DNA from: Botryllus schlosseri
Taxonomy: Eukaryota
Assembly (NCBI GenBank): GCA_051294905.1
Contig: CM119382.1
Span: 18,290,001 to 18,354,000, forward strand
DNA length: 64,000 nt
Direction: 5' to 3'
Positions 1-10,732 of the stretch are shown piece after piece. The notes below the pieces were generated by a model. It was not told the origin of the DNA. It worked only from the letters and a program-made list of their open reading frames with translations, and did no database searches. Made by a program: the position numbers and the translations under genes. Position 1 is the first letter of the stretch. Every line of letters starts with the position of its first letter.

Positions 1-451
1 TAAAATATACAACGTCAATGTCGACTATAAATTATTAAAGCGTTGTGACGCAGTCTTTATACTGATACGTGTTACTGTGCGATTAATAATTTAGCAGTAG
101 CAGTCTGTATCAAGCAATATAATCTACATGCTGGCTATGTACGTATAATCGTTTGTCGATTTACCGGGACTGCTGCGCAGTTAAAATGTCTTGTTTTATG
201 GTAAATTTTTCAATGGTTGTAAGGGAAATAGTCTTTCAACGCATGCAAAAAGTGAACACACAAATCGACTCCGCCAATAGAGAAACAAATCGCCCTTGCA
301 GTAAAACTAGACAATCTCAACAATAGCGCTGCAAAGTAAATAGGCAACGTCACAATGGCCGGAATCAAGCGTCGCCTGCATGCTGAGCCGAGTTGACGTT
401 ATCTTATGAACGATGACACACTACACCAAACTCAAGTATAATGGATCGGAT

Positions 452-1162
452 TCACGCGCCCCGGCATTCTTCATAGCTACCTTTGGTCCAAAAGCAAATC
501 TGCGCGTACTTTAGCGGCGTTATCCGCACGCCGGTGTTGAATTCCTTTTGGGAACCGTTCGGAAAATTCACCCATTGATGACCCGAGAAGACACCAACCA
601 CGCGTCTGGACCAGAGCCTGTTTTCGCGATCATACAGACGGATGTAAATCCCGGACCCGGACGTGCCTTCTTCTGCGTCGCAGTAATGGTACATCAAATC
701 GTCGGATTCGTCTTGAATCTGGCAGAACCGGTACAACATTTCGTCTTTGCGGTCTGAGTCGAAGCCAGTGAAGTGGATCTTGTGACCTGAAGGCATGTCC
801 CGGTAGCTGGGACATATTCCGACGCTCATAAAGTCGGAGCCTAGGGGTTTGCGCAGTTCGATTACTGCGTAATCATACTCGATAGGCAGCTCTGGTTCTT
901 CAGACCCGCGCAGCCAGCGTTTGGGAAGGAAAGTTCTCTTTGCCCGCCGCCATTTGAAGTACGGCTCCAACGGCTCGTGAAGCATCGACAAGTCACGCTT
1001 TGTTCTATCGTGCGTTTCAGAGACTCGATTACGAGACTTTCGGTTTTTGCGCCTGTTACGTCTGCGTTTTTTCCCGCCTTTCCCGCCCTTTCGAGCCTTC
1101 CGCCCGCGGCCACGCTTTTGGACGGTGCTCATTTGCTTGCCTACCTTGAGCTTCCGCACCCC
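452..1162 (-). CDS. PRSS23: PRSS23/PRSS35-family serine protease, last coding exon (236 aa + stop)
   Basis: Acceptor AATTACAG|GGG at 1163/1162 gives GVRKLKVG..., continuing the upstream exon's ...HDGKRYVK (vertebrate PRSS23 reads ...YVKGTQKLRVG). Contains catalytic Asp motif EYDYAVIEL, catalytic Ser motif CDAEEGTSGSGIY, and the family C-terminus VRITPLKYAQICFW. Stop TGA ends at 452. The symbol means family-level similarity; PRSS23 vs PRSS35 orthology is not resolved. Confidence 0.93.
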   Translation of the reverse strand, partial: GVRKLKVGKQMSTVQKRGRGRKARKGGKGGKKRRRNRRKNRKSRNRVSETHDRTKRDLSMLHEPLEPYFKWRRAKRTFLPKRWLRGSEEPELPIEYDYAVIELRKPLGSDFMSVGICPSYRDMPSGHKIHFTGFDSDRKDEMLYRFCQIQDESDDLMYHYCDAEEGTSGSGIYIRLYDRENRLWSRRVVGVFSGHQWVNFPNGSQKEFNTGVRITPLKYAQICFWTKGSYEECRGA

Positions 1163-1314
1163 CTGTAATTGGAGTCGGGCGTTAATTCAGGAGAATCAGT
1201 GTTGCTACTCGATAAAGTGAAGGTGCTGAAAGGACTCCTTACTTCCCTCGACCGACTATATACTACTATTTAGGTAGTTATTCCCTAACATTATAAATCT
1301 ACTTCGATTAAAGG

Positions 1315-2465
1315 CAGGGCCGTAACAGCACTTCGTCAGCCCCCCCCCCCCCCAAAAAAAAAAAAAAAAAAAAAAAAAATAAACGCTGGTCGAAAAATTT
1401 ATATAATTCATGATTGAATCCGTCAATATGATCTGGAATTGCGTACATATTTCTATCGACTTTTATCCTCTCTCTGTTCACGTTATCAGATTTACAGGTA
1501 GAGCTGATTGAGGTGTGTTTGAAAAGGTAGGACCCCTCAATAACAATTAAACATCTTCGGGCGTATACCCGTTGGCAGGAACGAAACAGCACTTCGTCAC
1601 GCCCCCCAAAAAACTTGGGTCTTGGGCTCAAATAGGGTGATAAACCTACCCCCATTCACGTTGTTCGCTTTTGCAACGTAATTAGTCGTACTGTTTAGTG
1701 CATGAGCCAGCGTCAAGCGCGAAAACTTTCGATAATTCATGATAAAATCGGTCAATAAAATCGGGAATTTCATATACATATTGCTATCAATTTCTTGTCC
1801 TCTCTGCTCATGTAATCAGATTTACCAGTAAAGCTGAGTGAGGTGTTATGAAAAATGTAGGGCCCGTTGGTATGACTCCGTAACATGATGTTATTTCGTG
1901 ATCTCCTGTCTGCTATATCAAAAATATAGAATTGCCCAAACGTAGGCTACTAAACTAAAAGACGCACACGATTTCAAATTGGTATTTCTTCACTGGCATA
2001 TAAATTTTCCCTGTCTTGTGAGGTTCATATAGCCAAGACAGGAACATTCGGCGCCAGTCATTTAGGCGCGTAATTAAACCTATATGTATTTTGTATATAT
2101 AGCGAAGTTTTCGGTCAGCATAACAGTAGTCCTTTCCGGTCAAGGTTTTCTCGTCGATCGTTCTAGCACACTTCTTGGAGTCGCATGTTACATGGCCGAA
2201 AACTTTATATGTCTTGGTGCATCAAGGCCCGGTAATGGCCAGCGCCGATATACCCATTTCTATAAATCTTGCGTAATTTTCCTTGAGGGAAGATTACCCC
2301 AAAATCAAGATACTTGGAAACTTGAAATCGCGCGTAGCGCGAATAATTTTGGTAAAAGTTACATAAATTTATACAATTTATGCTAATTCACGAAATAATT
2401 TTGGGCCCCCTTCGAGCTCTTCCCCCCTCGATTGGGGGGTTTGGGGTGCGGCAGTTACGGCCCTG
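1315..2465. mobile_element. hAT-type non-autonomous element, family A copy 1
   Basis: TIRs CAGGGCCGTAAC / GTTACGGCCCTG. 8-bp TSD ATTAAAGG / ATTGAAGG (7/8). Internally similar to 7545-9328. Contains a C14-A26 homopolymer run at 1340-1379. Confidence 0.9.
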
Positions 2466-2665
2466 ATTGAAGGTAAAAGATGAAAGTACTCAGGTAAATA
2501 TTTGTCGTGAGATCGAACACTTATGTCAGTTCATCGGAAGTGGCTGCAATTGAAATTTCACTGTGCGTCTTCGCTACTAACGCAAAATGTCTGGCTCCGA
2601 GGTCTGGGCAAAATCGAATGTCTCGGTGTCGGTGGTTATATTCTGAATCGAGTATTAGGCTTCGA

Positions 2666-2751
2666 GCCGACATGATAGCGTAACGGTGGAGCGTCCGATT
2701 TCCCGATCGATCGGTAGGTCGTTCGATCCCCGGCCGGGTAAGACCGAAGAC
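2666..2751 (+). mobile_element. tRNA-derived SINE head (fragment)
   Basis: A-box-like TAGCGTAACGG and B-box-like GTTCGATCCC at tRNA spacing, followed by CGGCCGGGTAAGACCGAAGAC. No full cloverleaf or CCA end is evident. Confidence 0.45.
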
Positions 2752-3074
2752 CTGATAAGTAGGGCGATTTTTTTACCTAAAAAACGGAAGATCCTGACCT
2801 ATCAATCAAACGTTGACTTTTTTTACCTAAAAAAACTTAATTACGACCAATTTTGACCTCGCGTATGCAAACTAGATGGTTACACACATAATGTTAAAAT
2901 TGTACTACTTATCGTCATTTCTGGTTGGAACTGTCTGTCCTTACAAAGTAGTTTGGCCTGAAAAACATTTTTCCTTAAAAACTGACAAATTTTTACATGA
3001 ATTTTTCTTATTTTAACGAAATCGGGCCCTATGAGGAATTCCAGTAGTTACACCACGTATTGCGGCAGAAATAA

Positions 3075-3329
3075 TTAAAATTTGGTGTAGTACAACGAAA
3101 GATACTTTCCTACATTTTCGGGCAGAAAGTGTCTGTCCTAACAGAGTAGCTTGCCAAGAATGGAGAAAGAACGTTCAACCGCAGCAGTTGTTGGCTGACA
3201 ACGCTGAATTTTTGCGTACACTGCTGGTGACACACCGTGTTGCTTCATTCTGACAATGTTGTCTACAACATCACAATTTTTCATCATGCGCTTCTTGATA
3301 TAAGAACCATGCAATGCCCAAGCAATCTT
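3075..3329 (-). pseudogene. Decayed hAT transposase C-terminal (dimerisation) fragment
   Basis: My translation: ...YIKKRMMKNCDVVDNIVRMKQHGVSPAVYAKIQRCQPTTAAVERSFSILGKLLC*DRHFLPENVGKYLSLYYTKF*. The P-T-(S/T)-x-x-VERSFS motif is typical of the hAT dimerisation domain. One internal stop, and the frame is broken upstream. Confidence 0.75.
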
Positions 3330-3876
3330 GCTTCAGTTTGGATATTGAGGTACGTTGACCATACCACCATGCCAACCTTTGTTTCATTTGACCGTTTATG
3401 ATTCACAATGAGTATACAATGGGCCGTCTACAATGGTATAGGCCTATAAAGTATAGGCTACAAGCTGTAAAATATAAAATGATAAGTTCGACGACAGTGC
3501 GAAATCTACGATACAAACGAAATGGAAGGATCAACATTTTGTTGACTTTCTAAACAATTTCGACAATTTTCTGACCTAACGCTTCAAATTTGACAAAATT
3601 TAGACTTATTTCGACATGTCAAAAAACTCGTCGTACTGATTATGGTTAGTAACACTGGTATCGATGACTTCCCCGCTTGGCGCTCACCATTACCGGGGTA
3701 GCATGGACGGGTGGTGCAAGACATTGGTAAGTATATGCTCAGATCGTGTGTAGTGTGTATGTATATCATGAATCGGTGAATATGCCGCAAAACCATCGAG
3801 GACAAAAATAAACAGCGTCCTATCCTATCATATCAGTATCACATCAGTATGGATGACGTGGGAAGTTCAAATATGT

Positions 3877-3992
3877 TATGGTTACCATACAAAATCTCAA
3901 AAAGGAGGACATTTAGGCGTCGTCGGTGGACATTTTCAAAAACCCGAAAAATGAGGACAAATCCCCCTAAAGGAGGACGTATGGTAACCCTA
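3877..3992. mobile_element. 116-bp hAT-type MITE
   Basis: TIRs TATGGTTACCATAC / GTATGGTAACCCTA. Perfect 8-bp TSD AAATATGT (3869-3876, 3993-4000). Internal AAAGGAGGAC repeats. A right-end fragment of the same family lies at 47817-47836. Confidence 0.85.
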
Positions 3993-4560
3993 AAATATGT
4001 GCCTTTTATTCGATCGCAAAGAATATTATGCCAGTTCTTCATCGCAAAAATTATTCGGTATATTCCGCCCATATCTGTTTCATTGCACTTTGTGGCAATG
4101 AGGTGGTTTGATCACGACTTTAAAGATTTGCGATTTCCACTTCGTGCGTATAATTGCATAGGCTGCTACATTTTCGTACGATGGGATACGACCTTACAGC
4201 CTGCCGCAATGGAAAATCAAACCCAAACTATAATTCTCATTGCTGAATCAACCGTTAGTTGCACGAGCATATCATTTCGGCGTGTAGGAAAATCACACTG
4301 GATTCAAATCATTAGAATTATCACTCCATTCAAATTCAAGTTCTTGAATCATTGTGCCCGGCCCCACAGACAACACTACAATTGGAAAGAATGAGCCGAG
4401 CTCCGAAGTCAGCGGCAGAGACCAGAAAGGGAACGCAAGAAAGCGAGAGAAGAATAGTGGGAGCGCGCGATCAAGAAAAACTCGTCCTCGATACCCAGAG
4501 CAAAGACACTGAACTTGAAGAAATTCCCTGTCGCGGCGTATAAGGTCTGAACAGGCGATA

Positions 4561-4878
4561 AGCACCACTGTCGTTGTTGTGTCATAATACTGCTTATACA
4601 TTGAACTGGCCGTCCCAGCAGCTGATCAAAACATACTGCAAAAGGAATCAGAACAACAATCGGAATACGCAGACCACAAAATGGAATGTGAAAAAATGTG
4701 GCGATGCAAAATAAACATTGTACCGTTTGGCATTGGCGCTACAAGGGTCGTAAGCATAAAACTCATCAGACATACCCAACAGATCCCGGGAAACGTTCGA
4801 TTCGACATGATCTGAAAGATCCCGTTGTTGGGCACTGTGCATATTCTTCGGAAAGCCTTGAATGCAGCACTGGACTAA
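4561..4878 (+). mobile_element. Decayed 3' end of an R4/Dong-type non-LTR retrotransposon (restriction-like endonuclease domain)
   Basis: My translation: TVVVVS*YCLYIELAVPAADQNILQKESEQQSEYADHKMECEKMWRCKINIVPFGIGATRVVSIKLIRHTQQIPGNVRFDMI*KIPLLGTVHILRKALNAALD*. This matches the recalled RLE C-terminal pattern IDVAIP...E.EKMW...VVP.VIGA...QQIPG...QK..LLGT..ILR. Confidence 0.75.
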
Positions 4879-7544
4879 GATCACACTTGTGCGCGTGAAT
4901 CACAGCATAATTTCTGTAATTTCGACTCTTCATTTTCAATCGTCTCGGCCTATGCTCTGTAACCTTTGCCAATTCTTCATCTACTGCAATTCTTTAATCT
5001 GACCTCCTCATGTATTGCATAAAACAATTTGACTGTATTACTGAAATTTTAAAAATCTCCAATCTCGCCATTTTCCTTTGGGGCCATGTTGCTTCCCGGA
5101 TATGCGTGTAAGCTATTTACCAGTTTTACTGTGAATAAATATTATTATTAATATTCAAGTGCCATGATGAATGGGCTATTTCACGCGGTTCTTACGATAG
5201 TTCCACTCATAAATATGATGAAATCTCATACCAAAATTTTTTTCTAATTTTTAAAATCGATACTGTACAGTAAACTGTTCACTTAGAAGTGGGAGTGGTC
5301 TAAAAACCTGAATTCGGACAAGAAATTTCTAATCAGTTTCAATTTTCATAAGTCTGTACAGATTTTAGTCTTTCCCTAATTTGGACTTGGATGAAGACAT
5401 GATACGAGATTAATTTTGGATTCGGGCTTGAATTGGAATCTCTAATCTGAAACAGCATTCAGACTTGTGAATATTACTTCTTGCGATAAGCATGGATTTG
5501 GACATGAAAAAGACGGAATTCATGTGACCAGATTAGCACCTGAGTTCGATTTGCCAGGCTGGAATAGGATTGGAACACAGAATTTCGCGAGACCATTGAA
5601 AAAAGATTCAGTCCAAACCGGATAGGGACTGCGATTGGAATCTCAAATGCGGAACAGGATTATGATTTGAAAACACTGAATCCACTCATCTTTGGCTGCA
5701 CACTGACAATGTCACGGTCACGCGGAAAGGCTTTGATGAGGCCATCCGACAATGTGGCATTATCTCAGTGTAATCCGACACGGGCCTAAGTAGTACCGGG
5801 TGGAAATTGGATTCCCGGTCTTATCTATTATTTAAGTGCAAGGGTGCTTTCAGAATGCGTGAAAGCCCTGTGTTTGCTATTCCCAAGCGGAAGGCGTATA
5901 CCCGATAGCGCTCAAAATATACAGGAGCATGGTTTGTTTTGGTAGACCCACTCGGATGGATGCGCATGCGCAATATCTACCCACGACACGCCAAGTAACG
6001 GTGACAGTCGAAACGTACACAAGTCAGGTGTTATACGGCCATGTTTAGGGTTGGGAAAATTCGAGTACCTAAGTGTTGCGATTCTAAATTGAGTAACATC
6101 GAGTCGAGTACTCTAGTACCGCTCAGCTGACCTGACATACCTGGGGAGCTCAAATGCGAACGTTGTAGGGCCGCAGGCCACTTCAACTCAAAAACAATGT
6201 CATTTATACTTGAGAATAAAAATGATTTCAAAGTTGTAAACACTGACTGTGACATGGCGCTCTCTGAGAATGTTCCATAGGCCCTACACTATTTTCAACG
6301 GCCGAGCGGAACCTATAACTTGGAATATACATCGTTACAAAATAGTCCATGCTTAAACTATAGTATAATAAACGAATCGGTGCCGCGAACATGGAGGCCT
6401 GTTCCGATACGCCTAATCTCAGAATGAAAACTCTAGTCAGGGATTAGACACAAATCATTACCGCGCATCGGCGCTTAACGTGAACCTACACATGTTGTAT
6501 AAACATTCATAATACGCATATGAAGCTGTGAAGTTTGGGTGGTCAAAACCTTTCATCGCGAATTCAAAGCGCGTGTAGCTATCACAACACCATAACGGTT
6601 TTCTTCGTTTCAGGCAGTTCCATCGGCTAGTAGTTCAGACTATTGCAATCTCTGACAAGCGATATTTATCCTTAATTATTGCTGAGAAGGCGGGATATAG
6701 ATATATGAAGTCGGGAATTAGGCTAATATTAACACACAAGAATGATTTTGCATGGTCAGTGTTTTGTTTGCAATTTGTGCCCGTGGTGATGTCATGACCT
6801 TGTTGCAGTTACGTCTACTCTATACTTTTGTACCTCGGTGCTACACCCAATTATATGCCGGAACAAGTGAACATGGCGGGTAGTACAGACTGAGTACAGA
6901 CCCGGCCTAGAATAATATTTGAATGAACTGTGAAATTGTGAGTCATGTTGTGTCATTCTCTTGGAAAAAACATGACCTCATCGTGTTCCTGCGATGCATC
7001 GCACATTTGCAACCTATTTAATTGTAAATTTCAATATACTGTATTGATAGTGGAACATTCTGTGTAGGGTATATCAGTACGCGTGTAGTATGTTTTCGTA
7101 TCCGGATAGAATCGGATTTCCAGTCTTATGGAGCCCGTGGTATTCGGATACCGAAATCTGTCATCCGTACATAATACATCTGTCTGTCTCTGATATAGCT
7201 GTCCCCATGAGCCCACGATATGTCAAACACATACGAGACAATTGAAACTAGCAAACAAACACTTTACGATCGATCGAGTAGCAACTATGTCGGTCGTAGG
7301 GGTCTCGATCTATATACCGTAGCACGATTTCAGTCATAATGCATGCCCGATTTAGTATAGACTACGATAGCATCATTGAGGGAAAATTAATCCGTACATG
7401 CTTTATCTAAATCGCTGTACGTGAAATCGATACGTTGGCGTGTGAGGCCGAGCGAACAAAAGAGTTCGGGTAAACGCACGATGTACTATCGACACTCATA
7501 CGATATATTGCAGTGGAACAAATTCTATTGCCGTCTCTTGCAGT

Positions 7545-9328
7545 CAGGGCCGTAACAGCAGTTTGTCAGGCCCCCCAAAAAAACGTTGGTCTTGGGCCCC
7601 CAAAGAGTGATAAATCGGACTTCTGGGGGGCGAAGCCCCCAAGACCCCCCTTGGTATATCCACTCCTTGCCGCTACTTGTGATTAATATTGGGCGTCCGT
7701 TTAGTGATCCAGTTATTCTCGTCTAGACGCGCGATGCGCGAAAATATTCCAAGAATTAATGATTGAATCGGACAGTATCATCGGGAATTGCATGTATATT
7801 GCTTTCAATTTCTATCCCCTCTATCCCTTCGGGCGTATACCCGTTGGCAGGGACGAAACAGCACTTCTTCAGGCCCCCAAAATACTTTGGTCTTGGGCTC
7901 CCGTAGGGTGATAAACAGACCCCCCTCATCATGTTTCTCGCTTTTGCATGTACTGTTTAGTGGGCCAGCGCGAAAAGTTCCGATAATTCATGATAAAATC
8001 GGTCAATAAGATCGGGCATTGCATATATATTGCTATCAATTTCTTGTCCTCTCTGCTCACGTTATCAGATTTACCGGAAGAGCTGAGTGAGGTGTCTTGG
8101 AAACTGTAGGACCCGTAAATAATAATTAAACATCTTCGGGCGGGCGGACCCGTTGGTATGACTTCGTTACATGATGTTATATTTCGTGACCTCCTGTCTG
8201 CTATATCAAAAAATATAGAATCGGCCAAACCTACTAAACTAAAAGACGCACACGATTTCAAATTGGTATTTCTTCACTGGCGTATAATTTTTTCCTGCGG
8301 GATGGAAGTCGTCTTCTGGGGTTCAGATTGCCAAGACAGGAACATTCGGTGCCAGTCATTTAGGCGCCTATGGACAATTAAAGCTATAAGTATTTTGTAT
8401 ATATAACGAAGTTTTCGGTCAGCGTAAGGACAGTCCTTCCGGCCATGGTTTTCGCGCTGCCGATCGTTCTGGCAAACTTGGATTCGCATGTAATATGTCC
8501 TAAATCGTTATATGTCTTGGTGCGTCGTGTCGCGGTTAGGGCTGGGCACAATGATTCGAGTACTCGAATCTGAATCGAGTATTAATTTTAATGATTCGAG
8601 TCGAGTAGTAAAATACGATTTTTTCGAGTACTGAAATTATACGCTCCTCGCCACTGAAAGTTGATTTATCAACGAGGAGTTTATCAACGATCAACGAGTT
8701 TATACTAATTTCACTGTAGAAGCCTTGAAACCTTGATCGGCCGTATCGTAGCATACGAAACATGAAGTGCAAAGCTACGAACGTTACTGGAAATAGCACA
8801 TTTCCGAAGTCATGATCATCCCACAATATTGTCACCAAGTGCAATGAAATCGGTACGGTCGAAAAAATACCAAAGTATCCTTAATATGATGGATAACAGG
8901 CATTATATTCTTTGTAGTCGCTTAAAAGGTACATATTGGAACTTTGACAAATAATATTCTGCTATGACGTCATAATGAGTGATACTCGATTACTCGACTC
9001 GACTCGAAGCATTTTACGTGATTCAGAATCGAATCACTCAGGTACTCGATTTTGCCCGGCCCTAGTCGCGGTATTGGCCAACGCCCATATGTCCATTTCT
9101 ATAAATCGTGCGTGTTTTTTTTTGGGGGGGAGAGTACCAAATAATCAAGATATTTGTTACCTAGAAGTCGCGCCTAGCGCGGAAAAATTGTGAAAAGTTG
9201 CATAAATTTTCAAAAAATACTCTATAATTTATGCTAATTCACGAAATAATTACGGACCCTCTTCGAGCTCGCTCGCCCTTCCCCCCCCCCATAATTGGGG
9301 GGTTTGGGGTGCGGCAGTTACGGTCCTT
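7545..9328. mobile_element. hAT-type non-autonomous element, family A copy 2 (host of a nested MITE)
   Basis: TIRs CAGGGCCGTAAC / GTTACGGTCCTT. Perfect 8-bp TSD CTTGCAGT (7537-7544, 9329-9336). Colinear with 1315-2465 apart from indels and the insertion at 8537-9064. Confidence 0.9.
8537..9064. mobile_element. hAT-type MITE nested inside family A copy 2
   Basis: TIRs TAGGGCTGGGCA / TGCCCGGCCCTA. Perfect 8-bp TSD GTCGCGGT (8529-8536, 9065-9072). Subterminal TCGAGT/ACTCGA motif clusters. The equivalent site in copy 1 (~2225-2235) is empty. Confidence 0.9.
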
Positions 9329-10167
9329 CTTGCAGTGTTAAGCAACGACAAGCAACGGCGCACACACATGTATTAACAAATGGTATATGCGCCTTCCACA
9401 GTATCTAACTAATGCGAGTAGTGCCTGGAATATTAATCGTGGTAATTCCATACAAAACCTGGCGTTGTAAGGGTTTGTATTGGGTTTACAATGCATCATA
9501 AGGCGCGACCATGCAATGTTTATATTAGCAATGCATTAAAGGTGTACTCATAGACTCATTTCTCTCAGTATTAGTCTATGGGGTATAAGATTATTCCCCG
9601 GATTATTACCCACGGTGAAAGAGTGTGAATTCCCATTAATGTAGTCAATTGACTGTAGCTGCTGTACCTCGGCGTGTTTTAAAAAGGCATGAATTACCGT
9701 CAGATAATAAAATCCAGTTTTCCTGGAATTTTTTAATTTTCCGACAAGAAAAGACATTAGTCACGCGTTATTGACAAAAGCTTACCCCTTGAAAGCCTTC
9801 CTATAGATAACGCAATTCGTCAATAAGAACCTGGTATATCTTCCACTCATTATTAGAACTAACAGCGGAACATCTACCAACTTCGTGACTTCGGATATAG
9901 TTTCATTCATATCGAGACGGCTGAGTCACAGCTCATAACCTTTGCCGCGACGCTGTCGGCAAAGTTTGCAAGAAGTTACGTTATCTTTGATAAGTCATGT
10001 ATCTCGTTCATGTTACATGCCCCGCTGACATTGCTGCATTAAAGCTACATCACGACTCACGTAATGATATCATAAAACATGATCTGTTAAGTATTTCCTG
10101 TCGAATCGCGTAGTACTTCTAGTAACTTTATTATGGCGAAGAGTAACTGGCTTCGACGGGTTGAAAT

Positions 10168-10732
10168 TAGAGGTCGACCGATATTGATTTTTACAGGCCG
10201 ATACCGATACCGATTTATCGGCACACTCACAAGGCCGATAACCGATATCATAGGCCGATATTAATATGGAAGGAGCAGAGAACAATTTCACCAAAAATAT
10301 TATATATTAGACAAGATGGCACTTGTTCATGCCACAGAAAGCTGAACAACAAACGAGAAAACTGAAATTGAAAATAATTATTGCTTAATTGTGCACATTC
10401 GTTAAAAATTGGGATAACCCAAAAAGCAAGACATGATACAGAATTGCAGATATGTTCAGAAAAGGCAGATTGTAATGCAGGAAGCATAGTTCCTGTGCAT
10501 GCTCACCCAGTAAAACTCGTCCTGCAAGGGTAAATCTGTCACATATTACCCTTTGCATCGTCGATTTCTTGAGATTGAGAAAACGGAGCATTGAATTTCC
10601 AATATATTTGAATTTTTTTTAAATGTAACATATCGGCCGCAATATCGGCCTTCATAGGCCGATATCGCTAATCGGTAAAGCTCTAAATATCGGCCTCGAT
10701 AATCGGACATTTCGATAATCGGTCGACCTCTA
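10168..10732. mobile_element. hAT-type MITE
   Basis: TIRs TAGAGGTCGACCGAT / ATCGGTCGACCTCTA. Perfect 8-bp TSD GTTGAAAT (10160-10167, 10733-10740). Subterminal CCGATA / TATCGG repeats. Confidence 0.92.

Noticed and set aside
548-1168. Short ORFs overlapping the last protease exon; likewise 12618-13381 around the first exon
   Set aside because: Shadow frames of GC-rich coding sequence with no independent motifs.
1340-1379. C14-A26 homopolymer run suggesting a retro-insertion poly(A) tail
   Set aside because: It corresponds to C6-A7 in family A copy 2, so it is slippage expansion within the element or a sequencing/assembly artefact.
6046-6115. One-ended TIR-like starts at 6046, 17528, 28124, 49185, 53010 and 63744
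   Set aside because: No matching opposite end or TSD found. Probably MITE fragments (63744 may continue past the window), but boundaries cannot be supported.
6876-6912. CGGG...CCCG followed by CTAG, resembling a Helitron 3' end
   Set aside because: The stem is only 4 bp with a long loop, the spacing is wrong, and the CTAG is not followed by T.
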